The notes under the pieces are model-generated. The model was not told where the DNA came from and ran no database searches. It saw only the letters and a list, made by a program, of their open reading frames with translations. A program made the position numbers and the translations under genes. Source: Fibrobacteria bacterium (GTDB lineage Bacteria; Fibrobacterota; Fibrobacteria; UBA11236). From it: 50,706 nt of DNA. Shown piece after piece: positions 20,378 to 29,716 of the stretch. The stretch spans positions 1 to 50,706 of the forward strand of contig JAYTHY010000129.1 of NCBI GenBank assembly GCA_043732185.1, in the 5' to 3' direction. Positions within the stretch are counted from its first letter, which is position 1. The number at the start of each line of letters is the position of its first letter.

Positions 20378-21496
20378 TTATTGGCCGTCCTTGAGGATGC
20401 GCAGCGGCATTACGATAAAGAAATACGTCGGGTTCTCGATGGCGGGTTCAATAATGAGCGCGCCCAAGGCATTGTTGAATTTGAACACAACGTCCTCGGT
20501 TGGGATAAGCCGAAAAACTTCGAGCAAGTAATTGGCATTGATGCCCACATCCACCGCATCGCCCGCATATTCCATCGGAAGGGCTTCCTCGGAATCACCA
20601 CCCAAATCCTGGTTCTTGGCCGACAAGGCAAGCTCTCGATCCTGAAACCCGAAAACGACCAATTTCGTCTTGGCATTGGCCATGGTTGCCACACGCCTTA
20701 CCACGGAAGCCATATGTTCGCGGTTGGCGGTCATTTTTTTTGAAAAGTCCTTGGGGATGACATTTTCATAGTTGGGATATGGGCCTTCGATGAGCTTGGA
20801 GAAAACGGTGATGGTTTCCGTACTGAATCGGGCGTTGGCAGTTCCAATTTCCACCTGAATGGGAAGTTCCGGATCCTCGGAAAGGCGCAGGATTTGCTGC
20901 AGCGCTTTGGGCGGCAGAATCACTCCCGGCTGTGCGGTAAGCCCGGAAACCGGTGTCCAAGCTTTGCCCAGACGATGGCCATCGGTGGCGACCATTTGAA
21001 GACTGCCATCCTTGAATTCACAGTACGCGCCGGTTAAACTCATACGGCTGTAGTCGGCGGACACGGCAAAGGCGGTTTTTTCCGTCAGGAAGCGGAAATC
21101 TTTCAGTGGGATTTGAAAGGCCTTGGCCTGACCCAAATCCGGTAAGCCAGGGTATTCACTGGCATCGAATCCGGTCAAGTTGCAATGAAATCCCGATTCC
21201 GATTTGATCGTGACCATATAATCGTCCACGGAAATTCTAACTGGAAAATCAGGAAGCTCCTTGACCACTTCCAGTAGCTTCTTGGCATTGATCACGATTT
21301 CGCCGTCTTCATGCCCTTCGACTTGCAGCTTAAGCACGATGGTCATATCGAGATCCGTGGCCCTAATTTCTAAAGTGTTGTCCCGCAGTCTAAGCAGAAG
21401 GTTGTAGAGGATTTGTAGGGTCGTTTTGCTGGGAATGGCATTGCAAGCCATTTGTAACGAATCGAGGAAAACCGCTTTGCTGGCTTCGAACTTCAT
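20378..21496 (-). CDS. dnaN: DNA polymerase III beta clamp
   Basis: ATDLDM, MVATDGHRL, LIEGPYPNYENVIP, VMPLR. Confidence 0.97.
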   Translation of the reverse strand: MKFEASKAVFLDSLQMACNAIPSKTTLQILYNLLLRLRDNTLEIRATDLDMTIVLKLQVEGHEDGEIVINAKKLLEVVKELPDFPVRISVDDYMVTIKSESGFHCNLTGFDASEYPGLPDLGQAKAFQIPLKDFRFLTEKTAFAVSADYSRMSLTGAYCEFKDGSLQMVATDGHRLGKAWTPVSGLTAQPGVILPPKALQQILRLSEDPELPIQVEIGTANARFSTETITVFSKLIEGPYPNYENVIPKDFSKKMTANREHMASVVRRVATMANAKTKLVVFGFQDRELALSAKNQDLGGDSEEALPMEYAGDAVDVGINANYLLEVFRLIPTEDVVFKFNNALGALIIEPAIENPTYFFIVMPLRILKDGQ

Positions 21497-21629
21497 GACG
21501 CTCCTTCTACACCAAGCTCACTTATCTGAGGGCTAAAGGCAAAGATAGTTTCTATAGGCCCAAGCTTTGAAGGGCTGAGTGCGGATTCCATTGGAAATAG
21601 CCGGGCCGCTAACTAATTTTCGCTAGAGT

Positions 21630-22808
21630 ATGCTAATCGAACCAAAAATCCGCGGCTTTCTCTGTACTACGGCTCATCCCCTTGGATGCGAGGCCGCCGT
21701 ACAGGAACAAATCAAATACATACAAGCACATGGACCCATCCCGCGTGGTCCTAAAAAGGTTTTGGTATTGGGTGCTTCGACCGGCTACGGCCTTTCTTCC
21801 CGCATCACGGCCGCCTTTGGCAGCGGAGCCGGAACTTTAGGACTGGCATTTGAACGCCCGGCTGAAAAAGGTCGCACGGCTTCACCAGGTTGGTACCAAA
21901 CCCAGGCCTTTGAAAAGGCCGCGCAAAAAGCCGGACTTTTTGCCAAAAGTTTAAACGGCGATGCCTTTTCCAATGAGCTTAAAGCCCAAGCGCTGGAGAT
22001 TTTAAAAAACGAACTCGGACCAGTCGATCTGGTTGTGTACAGTCTGGCTTCGCCCCGGCGCACCGATCCCAAAAGCGGAGTCACCTACAAAAGCGTACTC
22101 AAGCCAAAACTGGCACCTTATACCAACAAAACCATCGACTTCAACTCCGGCGTGGTTTCTACCGTTACCCTGGATATTGCCACACCAGAAGAAGTGGCCG
22201 ACACCATTGGCGTAATGGGTGGAGAGGATTGGGAACTCTGGATCGACGCACTGCAACAAGCGAATCTGCTGGCTCCCGGAGCCATCACCATGGCCTATTC
22301 CTATATCGGCCCCAAAGTCACGCAGCCCGTTTACAGAAACGGCACCATCGGCGCTGCCAAAGATGATTTGGAAGACACGGCCTTACGCCTGGACGCCCGC
22401 CTCAAAAAAACCGGTGGTCGTGCCTACGTTTCTGTGAACAAAGCGCTGGTCACGCAGGCCAGTTCCGCCATTCCCTTCATTCCGCTTTACATCAGCCTGC
22501 TTTACAAAGTCATGAAAGCCAAAGGCATTCACGAAGGTACGCTGGAACAAATCGACCGCCTCTTCCGCACCCGCGTGTACTCGGGCCAACCCGTTGAAGT
22601 GGACGAAAAAAATCGCATTCGCATGGACGATTTGGAACTGCGCCAAGACGTGCAAGACGAAGTCGATTTGCTGTGGCAACAAGTGAATACGGAGAATGCC
22701 GGTATCAGTGGCGACATCGCCGGGTACCGGAGCGACTTCATGCGCCTGTATGGTTTTGGTATGCAGGGTGTGGATTATGCTCAGGATGTTCCGGAGAATT
22801 TGATTTAA
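21630..22808 (+). CDS. fabV: Enoyl-ACP reductase / trans-2-enoyl-CoA reductase FabV
   Basis: IRGFLCTTAHP.GC, GASTGYGL, YSLASPRR, VMGGEDW, KALVTQASSAIP. Confidence 0.96.
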   Translation: MLIEPKIRGFLCTTAHPLGCEAAVQEQIKYIQAHGPIPRGPKKVLVLGASTGYGLSSRITAAFGSGAGTLGLAFERPAEKGRTASPGWYQTQAFEKAAQKAGLFAKSLNGDAFSNELKAQALEILKNELGPVDLVVYSLASPRRTDPKSGVTYKSVLKPKLAPYTNKTIDFNSGVVSTVTLDIATPEEVADTIGVMGGEDWELWIDALQQANLLAPGAITMAYSYIGPKVTQPVYRNGTIGAAKDDLEDTALRLDARLKKTGGRAYVSVNKALVTQASSAIPFIPLYISLLYKVMKAKGIHEGTLEQIDRLFRTRVYSGQPVEVDEKNRIRMDDLELRQDVQDEVDLLWQQVNTENAGISGDIAGYRSDFMRLYGFGMQGVDYAQDVPENLI

Positions 22809-23015
22809 TAGCCTAAGAAAACCGAGCCTTTTTCACGGCTTTCCTGGCGGCTGGCTTGCAGGCAATCAATACTTGATGGTCATTGCCTGAAACCTGTTCT
22901 TGAATTGGACAAGCGAAATAAAATAATTGGGCTTTTGGCTTCAATAAGTGAGGTCGACAACTTTCAAATCTTGGCGCAGACTTTGCTCCTCTCCTCTTAA
23001 AATCTGCCTAAGGGA

Positions 23016-23471
23016 GTGACTGAAATGCGAATGCTTCTGTTAATAATTATGGCTATGGTTTTATCGATACGGCCAGCCGCTGCATCCTGCACAAGAATTT
23101 ATAGCGGGGTAAAGCTGGATACGCTATCCCCCGGTGTAGTGCAAAGAACTTTTTTATCCGAATACATTAAAAACAACTTTCCAAACATTGTGGATACCGT
23201 TTTTGAGGAATCCTTAAAAAGTAGACTAAGGATGGCCTATCAAAATTCTTCTTTCGTTTTTTATGGTCGAGTGAATAGTTATTCAACTATAGGATTTTCC
23301 CATCAGACATATTCGGCGACTGTGTCCGTGGAAGCGCTGAAAGTGTACAAGGGAAATATTTCTACCGGGCCCTACACTTTTTACGATTCCTTAGTAAACA
23401 ACGTATGTGGCATACCGAATTACGGAACAGAATTCGTTCACAGGTGTTTCAATACCTTTCCAAGAATTTGA
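23016..23471 (+). CDS. Secreted TIMP/NTR-like protein, possibly frameshifted (tail in 23407-23649)
   Basis: GGGAG RBS with GTG start; signal peptide ending AAA-SC; VFYGRV, KVYKG and CG motifs. Confidence 0.5.
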   Translation: MTEMRMLLLIIMAMVLSIRPAAASCTRIYSGVKLDTLSPGVVQRTFLSEYIKNNFPNIVDTVFEESLKSRLRMAYQNSSFVFYGRVNSYSTIGFSHQTYSATVSVEALKVYKGNISTGPYTFYDSLVNNVCGIPNYGTEFVHRCFNTFPRI

Positions 23472-23625
23472 ACAGATGCAAACGACCCAAGTGGGTATAC
23501 ACGCAAAGCGTAAATGCGCAACAGGTGAAAAAAGAAGCCGGATTAAATCCGGTGCGAAAATCGGTTTCGCACCGCCTAACCGCACTAACCGCTTTTACGA
23601 TCTCAAGGGAAAAGAAGCGGGTTGG

Positions 23626-24711
23626 TCAGTTAGAAACGCGTTCCAATAGCGTCTTTTTGCTCAAAGTACACGTCAAAATCCTTTGGGTGGCATCCCGGCT
23701 TGTTTCCAACAAAGCAAAATGCAAGGTATCGGAAACCTCCAAGAGACTGGGACTGGAAAGCGCCCCAGCCCAGGTTTTTTCCGTTCGCGCGGTGAGTTGC
23801 AAGGTGTCGATGGAAGTCGCTCCGGTGCCTTTCACAAAAGTCGCCAGGCCTATCAGAATACCTTGCTCAGTAGTGGCAAGCAGGGAAACGCCTTTGGGGC
23901 TTTGGAACACGTCGAATTCGAAAATCACTGTTTGTCCAAATGGACGAGTCATGGCACCGATCGGTTTCATATCCGGACCCAAGGGTAACACACACAATAC
24001 CCCACGCTGTGTCGCGGGCGGACGCACGGGACCTGGAACGCGCTCCTTGTAGAAAAGCCAAGCCGGTTGGCCGGGACCTTTATACAGGAGCAAAACATCG
24101 ATGCCCGGACAGGCTATTTCCTGCAATTCCTCGTACTGGTTATTTTCTCTGGGAACAAATAGGGCGACGCGCCCTTTACTCATAAGTGCGGTAATGGCGG
24201 GTGAGGAATGATCGGTCCAACCTTTTACAAATTTTGGCCTGGAAAAATTTTCCGTGGCATATTTTCGAGATATCCAATCCTCTGCGGCCGCGTCCACACG
24301 GTACAATGCGTTGACGGCCCCTCCCGCCTTTTCCGTTACCACTTCCAATGTATCGCTCTCCCGTACGCGCGCATTCCACATGGGTGTAGCATGCAACAGC
24401 TGCGATACCACCAGCGCCTCTTGTCGGCTCTGACCGGAAAAATTCCTGCTACGGAGTGTCATTCCCGGTTTGCCGCCCGAACTGCTGCTGGCTATCGCGA
24501 TTCCCACTTCCCCCTGAACGGTAAGGAGCTGCAGGGAATTCAAAACGGGTCCCGTTTCGGCCGGCAACGCCGTCAAGGAAATTTCTGGAGCATGGCTTTC
24601 AGGATGATTCGCTTGCATTGAAGACCTCGTATTGGAACAGGAAAAAAAAAGCCCAAGGACAATGGCCGTCGGTACCAGCACCGGATGGACCCAATTCACC
24701 GACACGTCCAA
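23626..24711 (-). CDS. Hypothetical lipoprotein, candidate immunity protein
   Basis: Lipobox-like FFSC after a hydrophobic stretch; immediately downstream of the putative effector. Confidence 0.6.
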   Translation of the reverse strand: MDVSVNWVHPVLVPTAIVLGLFFSCSNTRSSMQANHPESHAPEISLTALPAETGPVLNSLQLLTVQGEVGIAIASSSSGGKPGMTLRSRNFSGQSRQEALVVSQLLHATPMWNARVRESDTLEVVTEKAGGAVNALYRVDAAAEDWISRKYATENFSRPKFVKGWTDHSSPAITALMSKGRVALFVPRENNQYEELQEIACPGIDVLLLYKGPGQPAWLFYKERVPGPVRPPATQRGVLCVLPLGPDMKPIGAMTRPFGQTVIFEFDVFQSPKGVSLLATTEQGILIGLATFVKGTGATSIDTLQLTARTEKTWAGALSSPSLLEVSDTLHFALLETSRDATQRILTCTLSKKTLLERVSN

Positions 24712-24746
24712 ACCAAATTGAATTTCATTTTGATTTTTCCAGCTGC

Positions 24747-26534
24747 TTAGGGCATGATCAGGTTGGTGACTTCGTTCCTGAATTGCAGTAACCGTCCGGG
24801 ATTAAGCGTTTGATCGTACCCGGCGTCAGGAAGCCCAATGGCCACACCGTCTCTGAGCAATCCCGCTACTGCGGCCCGCTCCCAGGCGTTTTGATTCCGG
24901 AATACCACGCCATAAGACGGATCGTAGATACGGTTGGTAGTCGTATTTAAGGCCACGAAGTGATTGAAAAACGCTTCGGGAGGATTCGGGTTTCCCTGGC
25001 CGGGAATGCCCGGAGCAGGATTGACATTCACGCCGAGTTGGTGTGTCAAGGCAGCGGCATTGGATGCGGGGGGATGGTTAAAGACCCAGTTCTTGACCAG
25101 AAAACCGAACGGGTTCACGCCACCATTGATATAGGTTTGGTGGCCGATAAACACTTTTTCCCCAGTCGTGATTCCTTGAACCGCCCACATGTCGATGAGG
25201 AATTCAGCCCAGGATCCGCAATGGCCGGTCCCGCCTGTCGGTGCTCCACTGTTGTTAGCGGCCAGTAAATCCTGGGTATCTCCTATGTTCTTCGCAGCGG
25301 CATTTGGATTCCAATAATTGAGCTGGCCATTGTCCCGAATACGGGTAACATTGAGCGTTTGGAACAGTGCGAAGACATTGGCAATAACAGTACGGCTTGT
25401 GGTTGCTCCAGACGCCCGCGTGCAGCTATGGTGGAGCAATGTCCAGTATACGGGTGCGGGAAAGGCGGGCGCATTCAAAGTAGTATACAGCTCATGAACC
25501 GATTGCCCTGCCGCCCGTGTTACGCCATCCTTGGCTAGCGTTTCCCAATGGATGGTTAGGTTGTGATAATGAAAGACCTGGTTGGGCAGACTGCGATCGC
25601 TATCCTGCTGGGGTATTACGGGCAATGGGGCGCCGGGAGTAATGGTGATGTTGTCCCAGCGCCAGGAAAGTCGCGTCCCGTTAAAATCCGCATGGGCCAA
25701 AATAGATATGACCTCAGTCATAGAAGGAGCCGTGACGGTATTGAATGCGGGTGTGAGACCGACACGCGTCCCGCGCGTATAGCAGAGCACTGCATTAGGT
25801 ACCGGAAACAGGGCCGCTAATCCCACGGCCGGATCGGGGCTGGGCCGAGCTAATTCCCACTCATCATCGAAGTTTCCGAGCGTATCACATTCCACCGTGT
25901 GGCCACCCGTGAAAATCAATCGAGACAATTGCAATACAGGAACCTGGCAAACTCTTAGGCCTATAGACCGGGGTTTCGTGAAAAGGGTCGCGGTGATGAC
26001 ATAGTCTAGGACGCCTATCGGCATGGGAATAATGCGACGTCGATTGGATGAACCAGGATTGCCCATGTTCCAGGCCCAAGTGAATTCGCTTTGATATCGG
26101 CGATTGGGATTGGTGCTGGCGGTAACATGCACACCAGGGTTATTGAGATAACATTTCCAGGTGGGGTGGCCCAGGTACTGGCCGATGAATTCAATGTCTT
26201 CGCATTCCAAATTTGAAAAATCGACGAAGTTCAAATTCAAGGTTTTGGAATTATCTAGCGTAGCTCGCACTTCCACTTGTCCACCCGCAGGGGCGCGAAC
26301 CACCTCCGCTTGATTGGGGTTGCCGATAACCGGCAAGGCTTCAACGGGTGCCCAAACCAAGTTAGCCCATACTACGGGTGTGTTCGGCTGCGTAATCGCG
26401 GTAACCAATACCCGCTGACCGGCTTCTTCCGAGGTGTACCAGTTTCCACGGATGCGCTGCACGCCTCCCCCGGTAACGATAAACGATATCACCTTTTCCT
26501 GAGCGCCACAGTTAAAAATGCATCCAAAGGGCAT
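24747..26534 (-). CDS. Putative effector with a C-terminal transglutaminase/papain-like domain
   Basis: GHCGSWAEF, FNHFVA and IYDPSYG give a Cys-His-Asp order; Ig-like N-terminal region; no signal peptide. Confidence 0.6.
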   Translation of the reverse strand: MPFGCIFNCGAQEKVISFIVTGGGVQRIRGNWYTSEEAGQRVLVTAITQPNTPVVWANLVWAPVEALPVIGNPNQAEVVRAPAGGQVEVRATLDNSKTLNLNFVDFSNLECEDIEFIGQYLGHPTWKCYLNNPGVHVTASTNPNRRYQSEFTWAWNMGNPGSSNRRRIIPMPIGVLDYVITATLFTKPRSIGLRVCQVPVLQLSRLIFTGGHTVECDTLGNFDDEWELARPSPDPAVGLAALFPVPNAVLCYTRGTRVGLTPAFNTVTAPSMTEVISILAHADFNGTRLSWRWDNITITPGAPLPVIPQQDSDRSLPNQVFHYHNLTIHWETLAKDGVTRAAGQSVHELYTTLNAPAFPAPVYWTLLHHSCTRASGATTSRTVIANVFALFQTLNVTRIRDNGQLNYWNPNAAAKNIGDTQDLLAANNSGAPTGGTGHCGSWAEFLIDMWAVQGITTGEKVFIGHQTYINGGVNPFGFLVKNWVFNHPPASNAAALTHQLGVNVNPAPGIPGQGNPNPPEAFFNHFVALNTTTNRIYDPSYGVVFRNQNAWERAAVAGLLRDGVAIGLPDAGYDQTLNPGRLLQFRNEVTNLIMP

Positions 26535-26885
26535 TTAAACTGGCGCTCCAGAATTTTTCAAATACACCTCGACAGCATCCAGCTTTGCAGCGCCAGGAAT
26601 TTCCGCTTCATCAAAGACAAGTTCCTTCCAGGGTGATACGGAAGAAAAATCTTCGCCTAACCGCATCATTAGTTTGACATAGCGGACAAGATCACGAGTA
26701 GGATTGCCACCATACGTATCAATCCGCTGGTCGGCAACTTGCAACAGGTTTTCCAACTTCGCCGCATCGGTGGAATTTTTCTGGAATGCTCCGTCCGCCA
26801 ACAACATTTTGCTGGAACGTCGGCGCAACTCGGCCCGGAAGCCCTCTTCCATTTTTTCCAACTGAGCCGTACGAATTACCAACAT
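26535..26885 (-). CDS. Small helical protein, candidate effector adaptor
   Basis: MLVIRxxQ N-terminus, GGAG RBS, stop abuts the effector ATG. Confidence 0.6.
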   Translation of the reverse strand: MLVIRTAQLEKMEEGFRAELRRRSSKMLLADGAFQKNSTDAAKLENLLQVADQRIDTYGGNPTRDLVRYVKLMMRLGEDFSSVSPWKELVFDEAEIPGAAKLDAVEVYLKNSGAPV

Positions 26886-26938
26886 GCCAACTCCAGATGC
26901 GCCCTCGTAAATGACGCCAATTTTACTGGTCGAAGAAA

Positions 26939-27015
26939 TGGTAGCGGGTCAGGGATTTGAACCCCGGACAAAAGGATTATGATTCCTCTGCTCTAACCAA
27001 CTGAGCTAACCCGCC
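26939..27015 (-). tRNA. tRNA-Met (CAT), elongator type
   Basis: GGCGGGTTAGCTCAGTTGGTTAGAGCAGAGGAATCATAATCCTTTTGTCCGGGGTTCAAATCCCTGACCCGCTACCA: 77 nt, folds as a cloverleaf, CCA encoded, G1-U72 pair, no initiator GGG/CCC anticodon stem. Confidence 0.95.
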
Positions 27016-27129
27016 CCAAGAATCTTAAGCCCTACCGAAGTGGTAAAGCCTTTGAGGCAAAAACCGAAACGACAAAATAATCAGCCGGTTCCATACTGGC
27101 AATGGCTGACCCAGAGATTGCCGCGATCG

Positions 27130-27198
27130 GGCCTAACGGCCAGAGCGCGGAGATAAGGCCTATCGGCCAGATCTCGGCGTTCCGGCCTAGCGGCCAGA
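27130..27198. repeat. Three GGCCTANCGGCCAGA repeats with an exact 27-bp period
   Basis: Copies at 27130, 27157 and 27184 separated by 12-bp spacers; the last copy contains the tex stop codon. Confidence 0.85.
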
Positions 27199-29550
27199 AC
27201 GCATCAATGATTTCACGGAGAAGGCCAGCTTCATGTTGTTCTTCTTCATCTTGCTGTCTTCTGCAAACTTTTCCTTAAGTTGATCCATGGTTGCATGGGG
27301 CTTCTTAGGAGGCTGCTTGCCTGGACCTTTGCCTTGACCGGGCCCTTGTCCGGGTTTACCGCCGCGTTGGGCGTCCTGCTTATCGCCACGAGCCTGAGCC
27401 GGAGCCGATTCTTTCTTCATCGAAAGGGAAATGCGTTTCTGCTGGGCATCCACTTCGAGTACGCGTACTTGCACAATCTGACCGGCGGTCACGACTTTCT
27501 TGGCATCATCCACAAATTTGTCGGCTATTTCTGAAATGTGAACCAGCCCATCCTGATGCACGCCCACATCGACAAAAGCGCCGAAGTTGGTGACATTGGT
27601 GACACTGCCTTCCAGCCACATGCCGGGTGTCAAGTCTTTCATTTCTTGAATCTTGGCATTGAAGCGGGCGTATACGAATTCCGCGCGCGGATCCCGGCTG
27701 GGCTTCACCAATTCCGCGGTAATATCCAGCAAGGTGGGCATGCCTACGTCATCGGTGGCGTATTTGCCGAGTTCGATTTTGGAAATGATTTCCTGATTGC
27801 CGATCACCTCTTTAAGGGACGCGCCGGTGTCTTCGATCATTTTCCGCACGAGCTCGTAGCGCTCGGGATGCACGGCAGAGGCGTCGAGAGGATTGTCCGA
27901 CCCTTGTACGCGCAAAAATCCGGCGGCTTGTTCAAAGGCTTTGGGGCCAAAAAGCGAAACCTTGACGAGACCGGACCGGCCGGTAAAAGGGCCGTTGGCA
28001 TTCCTATGGTCGACGATATTTTTTGCCAAGGATTTGTTGATGCCGGCGACGTATCCGAGCAGCGATTCAGAAGCGATATTCACATCCACGCCCACTGAAT
28101 TCACGCAGGATTCCACCACCTGTTCGAGCTTGCGCTTGAGTTCGTTGGGATTGACATCGTGCTGATACTGGCCTACGCCAATGGACTTGGGGTCAATTTT
28201 CACGAGTTCGGCCAAGGGGTCTTGGATGCGCCGGGCAATGGATACAGCGCTGCGGATGGTGGCATCGAGATTGGGAAATTCTTTTCCGGCCAACGGTGAG
28301 GCGGAATAAACCGATGCGCCGGCTTCAGAAACCACCACCTTGATAGGTGGTTTAGCCAAGGCTTGAAAGGCCGTGGACATGAATTCGTCCGTTTCCCGCG
28401 AGGCGGTGCCATTGCCGATGGCGACGATGTCCACACCAAAGCTTTCAATCATCGCCAGGAAAATGGTTTGCGAGGCTTCCGCCTGGTTTTGCGGAGGATG
28501 GGGATAAATGGTGCGATGCTCGAGCAGTTTTCCGGTGGGATCGATGACAGCCAGTTTGACGCCGCTGCGGAAACCCGGATCCACGCCCATAACGGTTTTA
28601 GCCCCGGCCGGCGCGGCCAACAGCACATCCCGTAGGTTTTTCTGGAACACGGTGTAGGCCTCGCCATCGGCCCGGTCTTTCAAATGCATGCGCACTTCCG
28701 TTTCGATGGAAGGCTTGATAAGCCGATCGAGCGCATCTTTGGACATGCGTTCAAGTTCCAGCTTATATGGCGAGGGATTCTTGATGGCCTTGGCATTGAG
28801 GATAGCCAGACACTTGTCATCGTCCAGCTGGAGCTCGGTCATGAGCACGTCTTCTTTTTCGCCCCGGCGCATGGCCATGATGCGATGCGAAGGCAAGGCG
28901 CTGACCTTTTCGCTGAAGTTGTAATACATTTCAAACTTGCTGCGCTTGCCCACGAATTCTTTGCGAACCTTGCTCACGTAGAGGCCGATTTTCAAAGCCA
29001 TCTCACGAATTTGTCTTCGGATTTCCGCATCTTCGGAAATCTCTTCCGCCAGGATATCGAGCGCGCCCTGTAAGGCTGCGGCGGCATCGGCAATATTGAG
29101 ATCGGGCTTTACATATGCGGCCGCCAACTGTTCCGGAGTCTGTCCGGCTTCAGGTGTTGCCTGTGCTTCGAGAATGCGTGCGAGCGGCTCTAGTCCAGCT
29201 TCCTTCGCGGCCATGGCGCGTGTGCGACGCTTGGGTTTGTAAGGCAGATACAAATCTTCGAGTTCGGTTTTGGAAAGCGTCGTCTCGATTTTACTCCGCA
29301 ATTCCGGCGTGAGCTTGCCTTGGGTTTCGATGCTCTTGAGTATCGTTACTCGGCGCTCGTCCAATTCCTTATAGTAGGCGTACTTTTCTTCGATAGACCG
29401 AAGCTGTGTTTCATCCAGCGATCCGGTGACTTCTTTACGATAGCGCGTGATGAAAGGCACAGTAGAGCCCTGGTCGAAAAGCGCAATACTATTGCGAACC
29501 TGGTCCGCAGCAAGTTTAAGATCGGATGCAATTAGTTCAACAAAGCCCAC
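27187..29550 (-). CDS. tex: Tex RNA-binding transcription accessory protein
   Basis: TVPFITRYRKE, LEDLYLPYKPKR, GVDPGFRSG, SIGVGQYQHD, C-terminal S1 domain. Confidence 0.96.
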   Translation of the reverse strand: MGFVELIASDLKLAADQVRNSIALFDQGSTVPFITRYRKEVTGSLDETQLRSIEEKYAYYKELDERRVTILKSIETQGKLTPELRSKIETTLSKTELEDLYLPYKPKRRTRAMAAKEAGLEPLARILEAQATPEAGQTPEQLAAAYVKPDLNIADAAAALQGALDILAEEISEDAEIRRQIREMALKIGLYVSKVRKEFVGKRSKFEMYYNFSEKVSALPSHRIMAMRRGEKEDVLMTELQLDDDKCLAILNAKAIKNPSPYKLELERMSKDALDRLIKPSIETEVRMHLKDRADGEAYTVFQKNLRDVLLAAPAGAKTVMGVDPGFRSGVKLAVIDPTGKLLEHRTIYPHPPQNQAEASQTIFLAMIESFGVDIVAIGNGTASRETDEFMSTAFQALAKPPIKVVVSEAGASVYSASPLAGKEFPNLDATIRSAVSIARRIQDPLAELVKIDPKSIGVGQYQHDVNPNELKRKLEQVVESCVNSVGVDVNIASESLLGYVAGINKSLAKNIVDHRNANGPFTGRSGLVKVSLFGPKAFEQAAGFLRVQGSDNPLDASAVHPERYELVRKMIEDTGASLKEVIGNQEIISKIELGKYATDDVGMPTLLDITAELVKPSRDPRAEFVYARFNAKIQEMKDLTPGMWLEGSVTNVTNFGAFVDVGVHQDGLVHISEIADKFVDDAKKVVTAGQIVQVRVLEVDAQQKRISLSMKKESAPAQARGDKQDAQRGGKPGQGPGQGKGPGKQPPKKPHATMDQLKEKFAEDSKMKKNNMKLAFSVKSLMRSGR

Positions 29551-29716
29551 GGTATACTCCTGGAAAGACGCATTATCTGCCTGCGAATGCTGGCGGGACG
29601 GTAAAAGTAGGAATTAGGCCGGGGCTGAACAAGTACGGAGGTATGACACAAGCGTGACAATGGCCCTTTTGGCCGAAGGTATTATTAGAACAGAAATTCA
29701 AACGAGGAAGCATCCA

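Noticed and set aside
22809..23015. att duplication of the tRNA-Met 3' end marking an integrative element
   Set aside because: No copy of TGGTAGCGGGTCAGGG found by eye and no integrase in the window.
22770..23198. DnaA-box-like 9-mers (TGTGGATTA, TGTGGATAC)
   Set aside because: Isolated, mismatched and inside coding sequence; not a cluster.
27104..27198. Mini CRISPR array
   Set aside because: The 15-bp repeats and 12-bp spacers are far too short, the spacers pair with each other, and no cas genes are present.
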